64,000 nucleotides of DNA from an uncultured Actinomycetota bacterium (GTDB lineage: Bacteria > Actinomycetota > Actinomycetes > Propionibacteriales > Propionibacteriaceae). The position numbers and the translations under genes were made by a program. Of the stretch, positions 31,523-40,068 are shown in pieces. Where the stretch lies: the NCBI GenBank assembly GCA_963845915.1, contig CAWJUB010000017.1, positions 6,838 through 70,837 of the forward strand, read 5' to 3'. Numbering within the stretch: the stretch's first letter is position 1; each line of letters opens with the position of its first letter. The notes under the pieces were generated by a model. The model was not told the origin of the DNA. It made no database searches and saw only the letters and a list, made by a program, of their open reading frames with translations.

Positions 31523-31836
31523 TTAACTACCCCCAGAGCGCCCGTCGCTCATCGCCCGGGCCAGCGCCCGATCCCGCTCGGCGTCGGCTCGCTGATATCG
31601 CATAGCCATATCGGGGTTGCGTGCCCCAGGCGTCGCATCAGTTCTTTAGTCGTCGCGCCTTGCCTCGCAGCAAGCGTGGCGGACACTCCCCTTAGCCCAT
31701 GAAACGTGAAGCCCCTCAAACCGACTGACGTGGCGGCTGGTCGCCAAACGTCAGCACCGAAGTTGGCAGAGGAAAGGGCACCGCCCTTTGGCCCGACGAA
31801 GACCAATACATCAGGACCAGCCTCGGAGAAGCGTTC
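31523..31836 (-). pseudogene. Tyrosine recombinase (phage-integrase family), C-terminal part downstream of the IS630 insertion; one frameshift
   Basis: ...ERFSEAGPDVLVFVGPKGGALSSANF...FTFHGLRGVSATLAARQGATTKELMRRLGHATP continues after a shift in a C-run near 31600 as DMAMRYQRADAERDRALARAM...*. The conserved HxLRH box is degenerate (HGLRG). Confidence 0.7.
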
Positions 31837-32909
31837 TAGTGGTCCGGCGTTGAAATCCTTTTACGGTTGATTTTGTCCAGGATGTCGTCGGCGGTCTTGG
31901 TCCAGATGAATGGGTGCTTGCGGTCGTTCCAGCCGTCGATGAATTGACGGATCTTGATCATGAGGTCGCGGACGGAGCGGAAGCTGCCGCGATGGATGGC
32001 TTGGCGCTCGATGATTCCGAACCAGACTTCGACCAGGTTCAGCCATGACCCGGAGGTGGGGGTGAAGTGGACCTGGATCCTGGGGTTGGCCGCTAGCCAG
32101 CTGCGGATCTCGACGCGTTTGTGGGCGGCGTAGTTGTCCATCACCAGGTGCAGCTCGCCGTCGGGGTAGCTGCGGGCCACATGCTTCAGGAACGCCAGGA
32201 ACTCCTGATGTCGGTGCCGGTTCTTGCAGAGCCCGGTGACCTTCCCGGTGGCGATCTCCAGCGCGGCAAACAGCGTGGTGGTGCCATACCGGACGTAGTC
32301 ATGGGTGCGCTGCTCAGCATGCCCGGGCTGCATCGGCAGCGTCTTCTGGGTCCGGTCCAACGCCTGGATCTGGGACTTCTCGTCCACACACAACACGATC
32401 GCGTTCTCCGGCGGCGCCAGATACAGCCCGATGACGTCGACCACCTTGGCGACCAGCTCGGGATCGGTGGAGAACTTGAACGTCTCCACCCGCCACGGCG
32501 TCACCCCGAACGACCGCCACGCCTTCAACACCGTGGCGTGGTCCAGCTTCAGCCGGTTCGCCAGCAGCCGCGACGACCAATGGGTCACCCCCAACCGGGC
32601 CGGCGGCGGCCGCAACGTCTCAGCGATGATCTTCCGCTGGTCGACCGTCTTGGGCCGGCCTGGCCGGTCCACATCGACCAGCCCGGCCATGCCAGCATCG
32701 ACATAGCGGGACCGCCACACATTCACCGTCGGCCGCGATACCCCGACCCGATCGGCGATCTCGGCGTTGCGCAGCCCTTCGGAAGCCAACAACACGATCC
32801 GAGCCCGCTGCGCCAGCCCGGCCCGCACCGAGGAGGCCCGCACCAGCCGGGTCAGCTCCTCGTGATCACCAACACGCAACAACAGAGACGGAGCGGCAGG
32901 ATGAGCCAT
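31836..32909 (-). CDS. IS630-family DDE transposase
   Basis: 357 aa, intact. It has an N-terminal HTH (LRNAEIADRVGVSRPTVNVWRSRY) and a DDE region (LCVDEKSQIQAL...LVMDNYAAHK...WLNLVEVWF). The stop codon TAG lies exactly at the element/target junction. Confidence 0.9.
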   Translation of the reverse strand: MAHPAAPSLLLRVGDHEELTRLVRASSVRAGLAQRARIVLLASEGLRNAEIADRVGVSRPTVNVWRSRYVDAGMAGLVDVDRPGRPKTVDQRKIIAETLRPPPARLGVTHWSSRLLANRLKLDHATVLKAWRSFGVTPWRVETFKFSTDPELVAKVVDVIGLYLAPPENAIVLCVDEKSQIQALDRTQKTLPMQPGHAEQRTHDYVRYGTTTLFAALEIATGKVTGLCKNRHRHQEFLAFLKHVARSYPDGELHLVMDNYAAHKRVEIRSWLAANPRIQVHFTPTSGSWLNLVEVWFGIIERQAIHRGSFRSVRDLMIKIRQFIDGWNDRKHPFIWTKTADDILDKINRKRISTPDH

Positions 32910-32956
32910 ACCCCCATCATCCCACCAAACGTAAAGTTACTTCGTCACCACGCCAC
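31839..32956 (-). mobile_element. IS630-family insertion sequence (~1.12 kb)
   Basis: The imperfect terminal inverted repeats are GTGGTCCGGCGTTGAAATCCTTTTACGG (left) and GTGGCGTGGTGACGAAGTAACTTTACGT (right, reverse complement). A TA sits on both sides (31837-38, 32957-58) within CTAG. The flanking integrase reading frame is continuous once the element and one TA are removed. Confidence 0.8.
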
Positions 32957-32958
32957 TA

Positions 32959-33079
32959 GGTGGTGTCGGAGCGCCGGAACTATATGTGGCGGGATCGCCA
33001 CGGCCCGACGGCCGGCGTCAGACTTTGGGGGCCGACGTGGCGCACTCCCCAGCGAGGACCGAGAGGGCCTCGGCCACCA
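32959..33079 (-). pseudogene. Tyrosine recombinase fragment upstream of the IS630 insertion
   Basis: ...PPKSDAGRRAVAIPPHIVPALRHHL reads in frame into ERFSEAG... across the insertion site. The frame is closed by a stop at 33080-33082, so the N-terminal two-thirds of the integrase are missing. Confidence 0.55.
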
Positions 33080-33082
33080 TCA

Positions 33083-33231
33083 CGGTCTCAGTGTCGAACA
33101 TCGAGAGCGTGGATATCGTCTTCGACGAGCAGCTCACCTTGGAGAACCGAGCGGGTTACTACGATCGTGCCAGCGCGCTGGTGGACATGATCCAAAGCCA
33201 TCTGCTGCAAGTGCTGGCACTGACCGCGGCC
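33083..33231 (+). pseudogene. Glucose-6-phosphate dehydrogenase internal fragment (~50 codons)
   Basis: SNIESVDIVFDEQLTLENRAGYYDRASALVDMIQSHLLQVLALTA matches the conserved G6PD block (..HVQITVAE..G..GRAGYYD..GA.RD.IQNHLLQ.LAL.A). Nothing G6PD-like lies on either side. Confidence 0.6.
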
Positions 33232-33256
33232 AGTTCGACGCGCCAGCCGTGCTCGG

Positions 33257-33316
33257 CCCGAACCCGACGGCGGAGTCAGCCGCGCCGGTGAAGTCATCAG
33301 CGACCAGCCCAAGCAC
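33257..33316 (-). pseudogene. DUF1537 four-carbon acid-sugar kinase, N-terminal ~20-codon fragment
   Basis: VLGLVADDFTGAADSAVGFG carries the N-terminal ADDFTGA signature of DUF1537 kinases. No continuation follows. Confidence 0.45.
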
Positions 33317-33353
33317 CCGGGGCGGTGCCTCTAAGCGGTCCCGGTGGCGCGCG

Positions 33354-34134
33354 TCACCCTTTGGCGAGTTCGAGGCGGAGCGTCTGCTCCAGTCCGATGC
33401 GCCGGGTACATGACTCCCAGCGGAATGACCCGGCGAGTTCGCGCGCCTCAGTGGGTGTGATTCCGCGGAACGGCTCGGCGAATTCCGGTATCAGCGCCTC
33501 GGAGATAAGGATGTGGCGCAGCAGCCGCGCGGCCCACTTCTGCGGCCCCCACGGATACGGGTTGAAGTCGGGGAACTCGCGGGCGAGCAGCGACTCGATC
33601 GGATCGACTACATCGCGGATGTGGTCGTCCGTCCCGCCCCAAGAGTCGGCGCCCAGCCGCGCCTTTTTGGCCAAGAAGTCCTTCAGTAACAGCATGTAGG
33701 GACTGTCGGCTGCAGCGAACACTACGCCCTGCAGTCCGATGTCCTTGTAGAGCCACAGTGCCCATGACGCTTGGTACTCCCGGTAGATGTCGAGCTGGTC
33801 CTGCAGTAATTGGTACCGCTCCTCGGCCTGCTGCAGTGTGCCGTTGTAGAGCGGGCCGAACTCACCGATCCAGATCGGCAGACCGAGGTAGCGCATGAAG
33901 GCCGTACGCCGCAGGAACTGCTCATGGATCGTGTCCTTGTTGTAGACATCGCCCTTCGCGCTGCCGGGGTACCGTCCGTCCAGCTCGCCAGGGTAGTGAC
34001 CATGCGGATCTAACGAAGTTCTCCATGTTCATCCAGCCGCCAAGGCAAGGACCTTGCAGGCGCACGGCGGTGTCCGAGCCGTCGACGATGGAAGCGCCGT
34101 TCACGCGGAGGTAGCTGGTCGGGGCGATCTCCAT
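33354..34134 (-). pseudogene. GH5-family glycoside hydrolase remnant with ~0.75-kb internal deletion
   Basis: The N-terminal ~40 aa (MEIAPTSYLRVNGASIVDGSDTAVRLQGPCLGGWMNMENF) and the C-terminal ~215 aa (...LGLPIWIGEFGPLY...ASWALWLYKDIGLQG...) both parallel the intact paralogue 52659..54035. About 215 central residues, including the NEP acid/base region, are absent. The junction is near 34010, with a frame change. Confidence 0.7.
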
Positions 34135-34172
34135 GATGCGGATCCTTCTGTGTCGAGTCAGAGTTTGGGTCT

Positions 34173-35171
34173 TCAGCAATCGTGCGGCGCAGTGGAGTCG
34201 CGGACAACGAGGCGGGTGGCCAATTCGATGTGGCGGGTGCTGACGACATCGTTGGTGATCATTTGAGCCAGGGATCGGGTGGCCACACGGCCCATCTCGA
34301 GTAACGGCTGTGCGACCGTCGTGAGTCGCGGCGCAGAGCGGCGCGCGAGGAACGTGTCGTCGAAACCCACCACGCTGAGGTCCTGGGGTATCCGAATGGA
34401 TCGCCGACGGGCCTCTTCCATGATCCCAAGCGCGATTTCGTCATTAGCTGCGAAGATCGCCGTCGGCCGGTCGGATCGATCAAGTAGGTCACGGGCCGCC
34501 TGCCTGCCCGCGTCGTAGCTGAAGGCTGAGTGGGTTATCAGCGACTCATCCAGTTGGATGCCTGCCTGGCGCAGTGCAGAGCTGTAACCGGCTAGCCGAG
34601 CATGGCTGCAATCCACCGAATGCGGGCCTCCAGCATGCGCAATACGTCGATGCCCGAGGGAGAGCAGGTGTTCGGCAGCAGTAATGCCGCCGGTGAAGTT
34701 GGTGGCACCGATGCTGATGCACTTGGTATTGGCAACTCGGAGGGGATCGACGACAACAACCGGGAAGCCACCCTCATCCAATGCTTTGACAGCTGAACTT
34801 GAGGCATCGGCGGTTATGAAGATTGCGCCGGCGTGATCGGATTGGAGGAGCACTTGAGGATTGAGCCCGGAGGCACCGATCACCACCTCGAACCCTTCGG
34901 CTGCGGCGGACGAGGTAATGCCTTCTAAGACGGCGATGATGTACGGACTTTGCAGTTCAGGAACCACGACCTCAATGGCTCGAGTTAGCTCGCGAGGTCG
35001 GGCCGAACTAGACCCAGCCGGTCGGTACTTAGAGTCCCTCAGGTGTTTCTGCACCCGCCGGCGAGTCTCCAGCGAGACGTCTGTGCGGTCATTGAGCACC
35101 TTCGACACGGTGGCCACGGAGACCCCTGCGGCGTCCGCGATTTCCGCTAGCGTGGTACGGCCTTTCGGCAC
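34173..35171 (-). CDS. LacI-family transcriptional regulator
   Basis: 332 aa with the HTH TLAEIADAAGVSVATVSKVLNDRTDVSLETRRRV and a periplasmic-binding-like core. It is divergent from the ABC sugar operon. Confidence 0.9.
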   Translation of the reverse strand: MPKGRTTLAEIADAAGVSVATVSKVLNDRTDVSLETRRRVQKHLRDSKYRPAGSSSARPRELTRAIEVVVPELQSPYIIAVLEGITSSAAAEGFEVVIGASGLNPQVLLQSDHAGAIFITADASSSAVKALDEGGFPVVVVDPLRVANTKCISIGATNFTGGITAAEHLLSLGHRRIAHAGGPHSVDCSHARLAGYSSALRQAGIQLDESLITHSAFSYDAGRQAARDLLDRSDRPTAIFAANDEIALGIMEEARRRSIRIPQDLSVVGFDDTFLARRSAPRLTTVAQPLLEMGRVATRSLAQMITNDVVSTRHIELATRLVVRDSTAPHDC

Positions 35172-35189
35172 TGTTGCCTCCGGTATGAA

Positions 35190-35209
35190 AGTTTCGGCGA
35201 TCCGAAACT
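35190..35209. promoter_or_regulatory. 20-bp palindrome, candidate LacI-type operator
   Basis: AGTTTCGG-CGAT-CCGAAACT has perfect 8-bp arms. It lies 19 bp upstream of the lacI start and 160 bp upstream of the binding-protein start. Confidence 0.55.
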
Positions 35210-35313
35210 ACTGTCGACCCTCCTGCAACTGTTATGTGTACACCAAAAACCGGTGCAACTCACCTCTTGACACAATCCCAGACCGTCCCTATTTTATTCA
35301 GTGCCTTTCGACT

Positions 35314-35332
35314 ATTTCGAAACTTTTCGAAG
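35314..35332. promoter_or_regulatory. TTTCGAAA / TTTTCGAA repeat, second operator-like element
   Basis: tATTTCGAAACTTTTCGAAgc contains the self-complementary TTTCGAAA plus a second TTCGAA. It lies ~40 bp upstream of the binding-protein ATG. Confidence 0.35.
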
Positions 35333-35368
35333 CTCCATACAGCTTCCACTGTCTCTCCTGGAGGATCG

Positions 35369-36727
35369 ATGACAACTTCGCGTACCAGCCGACGTACGTT
35401 TCTCGGCCTCGCGGCTGGCTCAGCCCTCGGCGCCTTCGGTCTGTCGGCCTGCGGCACCTCTGGCCCTGCCCAGCCTGGGGGAGCCGCCAGCGGCAGTGCA
35501 CCCGCGGGTGGTGGTGCGGCTGGGAACGCCACGATGTGGGCGCTGAGCGGGCAGCCCAACCAAGACATTCGTCAGAACGAAGTGGACGCGTTCAACAAGA
35601 TCGGCAAGGGCACCATCAAGGTCACCTTCTTCCAGAACGACCCCTACAAGGCCAAGATCCGCACAGCGGTTGGCGCTGGACAGGCACCGACGCTGATCTT
35701 CGGCTGGGGCGGCGGCATCCTCAAGTCGTACGCCGACGCCGGCCAGGTGGACGATCTCACGAGCTGGCTCAACGAGAATGCTGCCCTCAAGGACAAGTTC
35801 CTGCCATCGACGTGGAAGGCCGCGACGATAGACAAAAAGATCTACGCCGTTCCGATCACGACGACCGCGCCGATTGTCATGTACTACAACAAGACGTTGT
35901 TTGACAAGGCGGGTGCGCAGCCCCCGGCGACTTGGGATGACGTGATGAAGCTGGTCGACGTCTTCAACTCCCAGGGCGTAGCGCCGTTCGCCCTAGGCGG
36001 CCAGTCGAAGTGGACCTCGATGATGTGGCTGGAGTATCTGCTCGACCGGATCGGCGGTCCAGAGGTGTTCGACGCGATCTACGCGAATAAGCCCGATGCA
36101 TGGTCCGATCCCGCGGTGATCAGCACCGGCCAGAAGGTCCAGGAGCTGGTGAAAGCGAACGGCTTCATCAAGGGCTTCTCCTCGATCGCGGCCGACACCA
36201 ACGCCGACCAAGCGCTGCTCTACACAGGCAAGGCAGCGATGATGCTCCACGGCGCGTGGGTTTATGCAAGCATGAAGTCGGTCAATCCGAAGTTCGTGTC
36301 CAGCGGACTCGCATTCGGAAACTTTCCTACCGTGCCGGGCGGCAAGGGTGACCCGAAGAACACTGTGGGCAACCCGGCCACTTACTTCTCCATCTCGTCA
36401 AAGGCCAGCGACGAGGAGAAGACGGTTGCCAAGGCCTATTTCACCGATGGGCTGTTTACCGACGCCGTCGTTGACGCGTTTATCCAAAGCGGCGGCGTGC
36501 CGGTGGTCAAGTCGGCCGAATCGAAGTTGGCCAGTTCACCGGATGCGCCGTTCCTGCAGTTTGTTTTCAACATGGCTAAGGACGCTCCTAACTTCCAGCA
36601 GTCCTGGGACCAGGCGCTGAGTCCCACCCAGGCGACGGAGTTGCTGAACAACATTGATCAGCTGTTCTTGTTGAAGATCACGCCGGAGCAGTTTGCGTCC
36701 GCAATGAACGCCACGATCGGGAAGTGA
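35369..36727 (+). CDS. Sugar ABC transporter substrate-binding lipoprotein
   Basis: The ATG at 35369 follows GGAGGA. It has a Tat/lipobox signal (SRRTFLGLAAGSALGAFGLSAC) and is a family-1 solute-binding protein of 452 aa. Confidence 0.85.
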   Translation: MTTSRTSRRTFLGLAAGSALGAFGLSACGTSGPAQPGGAASGSAPAGGGAAGNATMWALSGQPNQDIRQNEVDAFNKIGKGTIKVTFFQNDPYKAKIRTAVGAGQAPTLIFGWGGGILKSYADAGQVDDLTSWLNENAALKDKFLPSTWKAATIDKKIYAVPITTTAPIVMYYNKTLFDKAGAQPPATWDDVMKLVDVFNSQGVAPFALGGQSKWTSMMWLEYLLDRIGGPEVFDAIYANKPDAWSDPAVISTGQKVQELVKANGFIKGFSSIAADTNADQALLYTGKAAMMLHGAWVYASMKSVNPKFVSSGLAFGNFPTVPGGKGDPKNTVGNPATYFSISSKASDEEKTVAKAYFTDGLFTDAVVDAFIQSGGVPVVKSAESKLASSPDAPFLQFVFNMAKDAPNFQQSWDQALSPTQATELLNNIDQLFLLKITPEQFASAMNATIGK

Positions 36728-36728
36728 C

Positions 36729-37670
36729 ATGACCGCCCTCGCTCCTCTGGCGCAGCGCGGGACTTCGACCGAGGCGCTGGAGTCGCTCCCACCGGCAGGC
36801 AGCGTAAAGAGTCGACTCGGCATCCTGGTCGTTCCGGCTCTGCTCATGTTTCTCGGCTTTGCCTTTATTCCGCTGATTGGCGTTCTGGTGCTCTCGTTCA
36901 CTGACTGGAACGGAATTAGTGCCATCAACTTTGTCGGCACCCAGAGCTGGCGGCAAGTGATGACCGATCCGGAGACCTACCATGCGCTCTGGCTGACGTT
37001 CGCGCTCATGATCTGCACGTGGCTGATTCAGACACCGATCAGTTTGCTGCTGGGTACCTTCATCGCTGGCCAGCAGCGCTACCGGGCGCTGCTGGGGGTG
37101 CTGTTCTTCCTGCCCTTGTTGATGTCGTCGGCTGCGATAGCCATCGCCTTCAAGTCCCTCCTGGACCCGAACTTCGGGCTGAGCGCCGGCCTGCATCTGC
37201 CCTTCCTGGCACAAGATTGGCTGGGCGACCCCACGCTGGCATTCGTCACAGTGGTCTTTGTGATCGCCTGGCAGTTCGTCCCCTTCCACACACTCCTCTA
37301 CCAAGGTGGGGTGCGGCAGATCCCGGAGCAGCTCTATGAAGCGGCTCAGATCGACGGGGCAGGGCGCCTCCGGCAGTTCTTCTCGATCACTCTGCCGCAG
37401 CTGAAGTACACGATCATTACGTCCTCGACCCTGATGCTTGTCGGATCACTGGTCTACTTCGATCTGATCTGGGTCCTCACCCAAGGCGGTCCGGGCAACG
37501 CAACCCGCATCCTGGCCCTGGACATGTACATCACCGGATTCCAGGCCAATCAGATGGGTGCGGCGAGTGTCATCGGCGTCATCCTCGTCGTTGTCGGACT
37601 GGTGTTGACGATCATCATCCAGCGGCTCGGCGGCCGCGATCTGCGGGCTAGCCAGATGGAGGGGATGTGA
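36729..37670 (+). CDS. Sugar ABC transporter permease (MalF/UgpA-type)
   Basis: 313 aa with 6 TM helices and the EAA-loop region LYEAAQIDGAGRLRQFFSITLPQL. Confidence 0.85.
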   Translation: MTALAPLAQRGTSTEALESLPPAGSVKSRLGILVVPALLMFLGFAFIPLIGVLVLSFTDWNGISAINFVGTQSWRQVMTDPETYHALWLTFALMICTWLIQTPISLLLGTFIAGQQRYRALLGVLFFLPLLMSSAAIAIAFKSLLDPNFGLSAGLHLPFLAQDWLGDPTLAFVTVVFVIAWQFVPFHTLLYQGGVRQIPEQLYEAAQIDGAGRLRQFFSITLPQLKYTIITSSTLMLVGSLVYFDLIWVLTQGGPGNATRILALDMYITGFQANQMGAASVIGVILVVVGLVLTIIIQRLGGRDLRASQMEGM

Positions 37671-37671
37671 G

Positions 37672-38557
37672 ATGACGACGACGGTTGCCACTCCGGTCGC
37701 TGCGCCTCCGAGGGCTTCGGCTGCCCGCCGCCGACGGGTGAAGGGCAGCCGCAACTATCTCGGCGGCTTCTTTGCCTGGGTGTGGTTGGCGATCATCATC
37801 ATTCCGGTCTATTACGTGGTGATCACCACCTTCAAGGATCAGGGCGCCTACTTCACACAAAATCCGCTCGCCCTACCCAGCCCCCCAACGCTTACGGCGT
37901 ACAAGGACGTGGTCGAGGCTGGACATCGGGCGTTACTTCCTCAACTCGGTGATCGTCACCATCGGATCGGTGATCCCGATCGTGCTCTTCAGCTTCCTGG
38001 CGTCATACGCGATCGTCCGTGGCGACAGCCGATTACTGCGGTTCAGCCGTACCTTGTTCCTGCTCGGCCTCGCCATCCCACTGCAGGCGACGATCATCCC
38101 CATCTACTTGATCATCACCCGAATCCATATGTACGACTCGCTTGGGGCGCTGATCTTGCCATCCATCGCGTTCGGGATTCCGCTCACCGTGTTGATCTTG
38201 AGCAACTTCATCCGCGACGTACCCCGCGAGCTCTTCGAATCGATGCGACTGGACGGCTGCACCGACTGGCAGATGGCGTGGAAGTTGGCGTTCCCATTAA
38301 CCCGGCCGGCGATTGTCACGGTCAGCATCTACAACGGCCTCAACGTCTGGAACGCCTTCCTCTTTGCCTTGATCTTGACCCAGAGCCCCGAGAAGCGCGT
38401 CATGCCGCTGGCGCTGTGGGCCTTCCAGGGCGAGTACCAAGTGAACATCCCGGCCGTGCTGGCTGCTGTGGTGCTTTCCACCCTGCCGATCTTGATTCTC
38501 TACATCGTCGGCCGTCGGCAACTGCTGCGCGGCCTCACGGCCGGATTTGGGAAATAG
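37672..38557 (+). pseudogene. Sugar ABC transporter permease (MalG/UgpE-type), one frameshift
   Basis: ...LTAYKDVVEAG continues in another frame as DIGRYFLNSVIVTIGSVIPIV...ESMRLDGCTDWQMAWKLAFPL... (break near 37921). The 407-aa track ORF is the wrong frame after that point. Confidence 0.8.
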
Positions 38558-38720
38558 TCCGTCGCGCCCCGCGAGCGGTCCTCCCCGCCAGCTCTGCCAC
38601 CCCCCGACACAAGTTCGTCTACGGAGAAATCCCAATGACCACCTCCCCTACCGAATGCGCAACGGGTAGGGACAGCCCACCGTCGTCAGATAAGCGCCTA
38701 ACTTACCGAGGAGGAGTCTC

Positions 38721-39911
38721 ATGGCACCGCAGCCCACCAAAGAGGACAAGTTCAGCTTCGGTTTGTGGACGGTCGGCTGGCAGGCACGAGACATGTTCGG
38801 GGAGGCGACCCGCCCTGTGCTGGCAGCCGTCGAGGCGGTCCACAAGCTCGCCGAGCTTGGGGCGTACGGCCTTACCTTTCACGACGACGACCTGATCCCG
38901 CCTGGCAGTAGCAACAGCGAGCGGCAGCGGATCATCGACGAGTTCACCGCCGCGCTGGATGAGACCGGAATGGTGGTGCCGATGGTGACCACCAACCTGT
39001 TCTACGACCCGGTCTTCAAGGACGGCGGCTTCACCAGCAATGACCGGAGTGTGCGGCGGTACGCGATGCGCAAGGTGATGCGCAACATGGACCTGGCCGC
39101 CGAGCTGGGCGCCCAGATCTATGTCTTCTGGGGCGGCCGGGAGGGCTCGGAGGTCGACTTCGCCAAGGATGTCCGGGCTGCTCTTGACCGGTATCGGGAG
39201 GCGTTGGACACGCTGGCCCAGTATTCGATCGACCGCGGCTACGGGCTGCGGTTCGCGATCGAGCCCAAGCCGAACGAGCCACGAGGTGACATCTTGTTGC
39301 CCTCGATCGGCCACGCGCTGGCGTTCATCAATGAGCTGGAGCACGCCGACATGGTGGGCATCAACCCCGAGGTTGGGCATGAGCAGATGGCGTCGCCTCA
39401 ACTACACCCACGGCATTGCGCAGGCGCTGTGGGCCGGGAAGCTGTTCCACATCGACCTCAACGGGCAGAAGGGCCCCCGTTACGACCAGGATCTGGTCTT
39501 CGGCCACGGCGATCTGCTGCAGGCGTTCTCCACCGTCGATCTGCTGGAGAATGGGGCGCCCGGAGGTGGCCCGACATATGACGGGCCTCGGCACTTCGAC
39601 TACAAGCCGCTGCGTACCGAGAACATGGACGGTGTCTGGGAGTCGGCGAGGGCCAACATGGAGCTGTATCTGACGCTGCGCGATCGGGCACGGGCGTTCC
39701 GGGCCGATCCCGAGGTGCAGGAGGCGCTGGAGGCCGGCCGCGTCGGCGAGCTGAGCCAGCCAACACTCAACGACGGCGAGACCTACGAGCAGCTGCTGTG
39801 CAGACCGCAGCGCGTTCGAGGACTACGACCTCGACACCGCCCCGGACCCAGGGCTACGGCTTCGCCCGCATCCAACGGCTGGCTATTGAACACCTCCTCG
39901 GCGTCCGCTGA
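38721..39911 (+). pseudogene. xylA: Xylose isomerase (actinobacterial class I), three frameshifts
   Basis: The motifs [34 protein letters not shown] and EVGHEQMA are present. Breaks lie near 39394 (..[14 protein letters not shown]), 39799 (..[14 protein letters not shown]) and 39842 (..[25 protein letters not shown]). Confidence 0.85.
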
Positions 39912-40068
39912 ACGCCAGTGTGTTTATCTCACAAAGGTGAAATGACCGCAGGTCGGCTGGGCGGGAAATCGGCCCCGCCACGCTGTGGCTGCGACCCCAG
40001 TACCACCGCTCTGGCTTGGCTGGAAGCCCTCCGCAACTTCACAGACGTGCGAAAGGTCGACAAACAAA

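Noticed and set aside
32121-33413. A 430-aa plus-strand ORF.
   Set aside because: It is antisense to the IS630 transposase and runs on across unrelated fragments. Its composition is Arg/Pro/Gly/His-rich.
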